64,000 bases of DNA from Aplysia californica (Eukaryota): assembly GCF_000002075.1 (NCBI RefSeq), contig NW_004797525.1, positions 705,124 to 769,123 on the forward strand, in the 5' to 3' direction. Shown here in pieces: positions 63,553 to 64,000 of the stretch. A model generated the notes under the pieces. It did not search any database and was not told where the DNA came from. It worked only from the letters and a program-made list of their open reading frames with translations. Position 1 is the first letter of the stretch. Each line of letters opens with the position of its first letter. The translations under genes were made by a program, and so were the position numbers.

Positions 63553-64000
63553 ATCAAAGTACAGGTCTCCAGTCTGTGGGAGAGCCACTGGGAAAACCAG
63601 AAAAATAATAAATTATATGAAATTAAACCCAGACTAGAACAGCGAAATCCTTCGGATCTCTCCAGAAGAGACGAAGTCATTTTTACTCGATTGCGCATCG
63701 GACACACGGCCCTGACCCACAAATACCTACTACAGGGAGAGGAGAAGCCGTTCTGTGTCGGATGCGACACAGATTTTACCATTAGACACATTTTAACAGA
63801 ATGTCTAGACTTTGGAGAGATCCGAAGGAAATATTATAAATGCAAGAAATTGCAGGATATTTTCTCCGTCGTTGTTCCCAGCAGAATTTTAAATTTTATA
63901 AAGGCCATTGGCCTTTATGGCGAGTTGTAAAGTGAATCTGATATTATTTAAAATTGTTATTGTTACTTAAAAGTTGTTTTAGATCACAAATGTATTTACA
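63553..64000 (+). mobile_element. second copy of the same I-group LINE (3' part, runs off the window)
   Basis: Near-identical to 43918-44370; RIGHTALTHKYLL...CVGC...HILTEC. Confidence 0.88.

Overview
Gap-rich (many N runs), AT-rich, repeat-dense animal genomic DNA. The receptor type and the SINE/LINE content point to a gastropod mollusc, but this is inference. (1) 7695-20528 (+): a 12-exon gene I spliced by hand, with all exon phases consistent. It encodes a 716-aa secreted protein: signal peptide, hemopexin-like 4-blade propeller, PI-PLC X-domain phosphodiesterase (At5g67130-like, both catalytic His present), then a second hemopexin-like propeller. (2) About 22200-59000: a tandem segmental-duplication array with four single-exon rhodopsin-type GPCR copies on the minus strand, similar to molluscan chemosensory/FMRFamide-receptor-like genes. 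Each copy is disabled by a different lesion. They are interleaved with two plus-strand genes for a small secreted prepropeptide. The two peptide genes are about 95% identical except for a 16-codon block right after the signal peptide, where 14 of 16 residues differ, a pattern typical of diversifying selection. (3) Many transposons, several delimited exactly by empty sites in paralogous blocks: a Rep-deleted Helitron with a nested RTE LINE, a mini-Helitron, RNase H (I-group) LINEs with a partner SINE, a second tRNA-SINE family, RTE fragments, piggyBac-like and Kolobok-like non-autonomous elements, MITEs and a solo LTR. No database searches were run; family names come from motif recognition.
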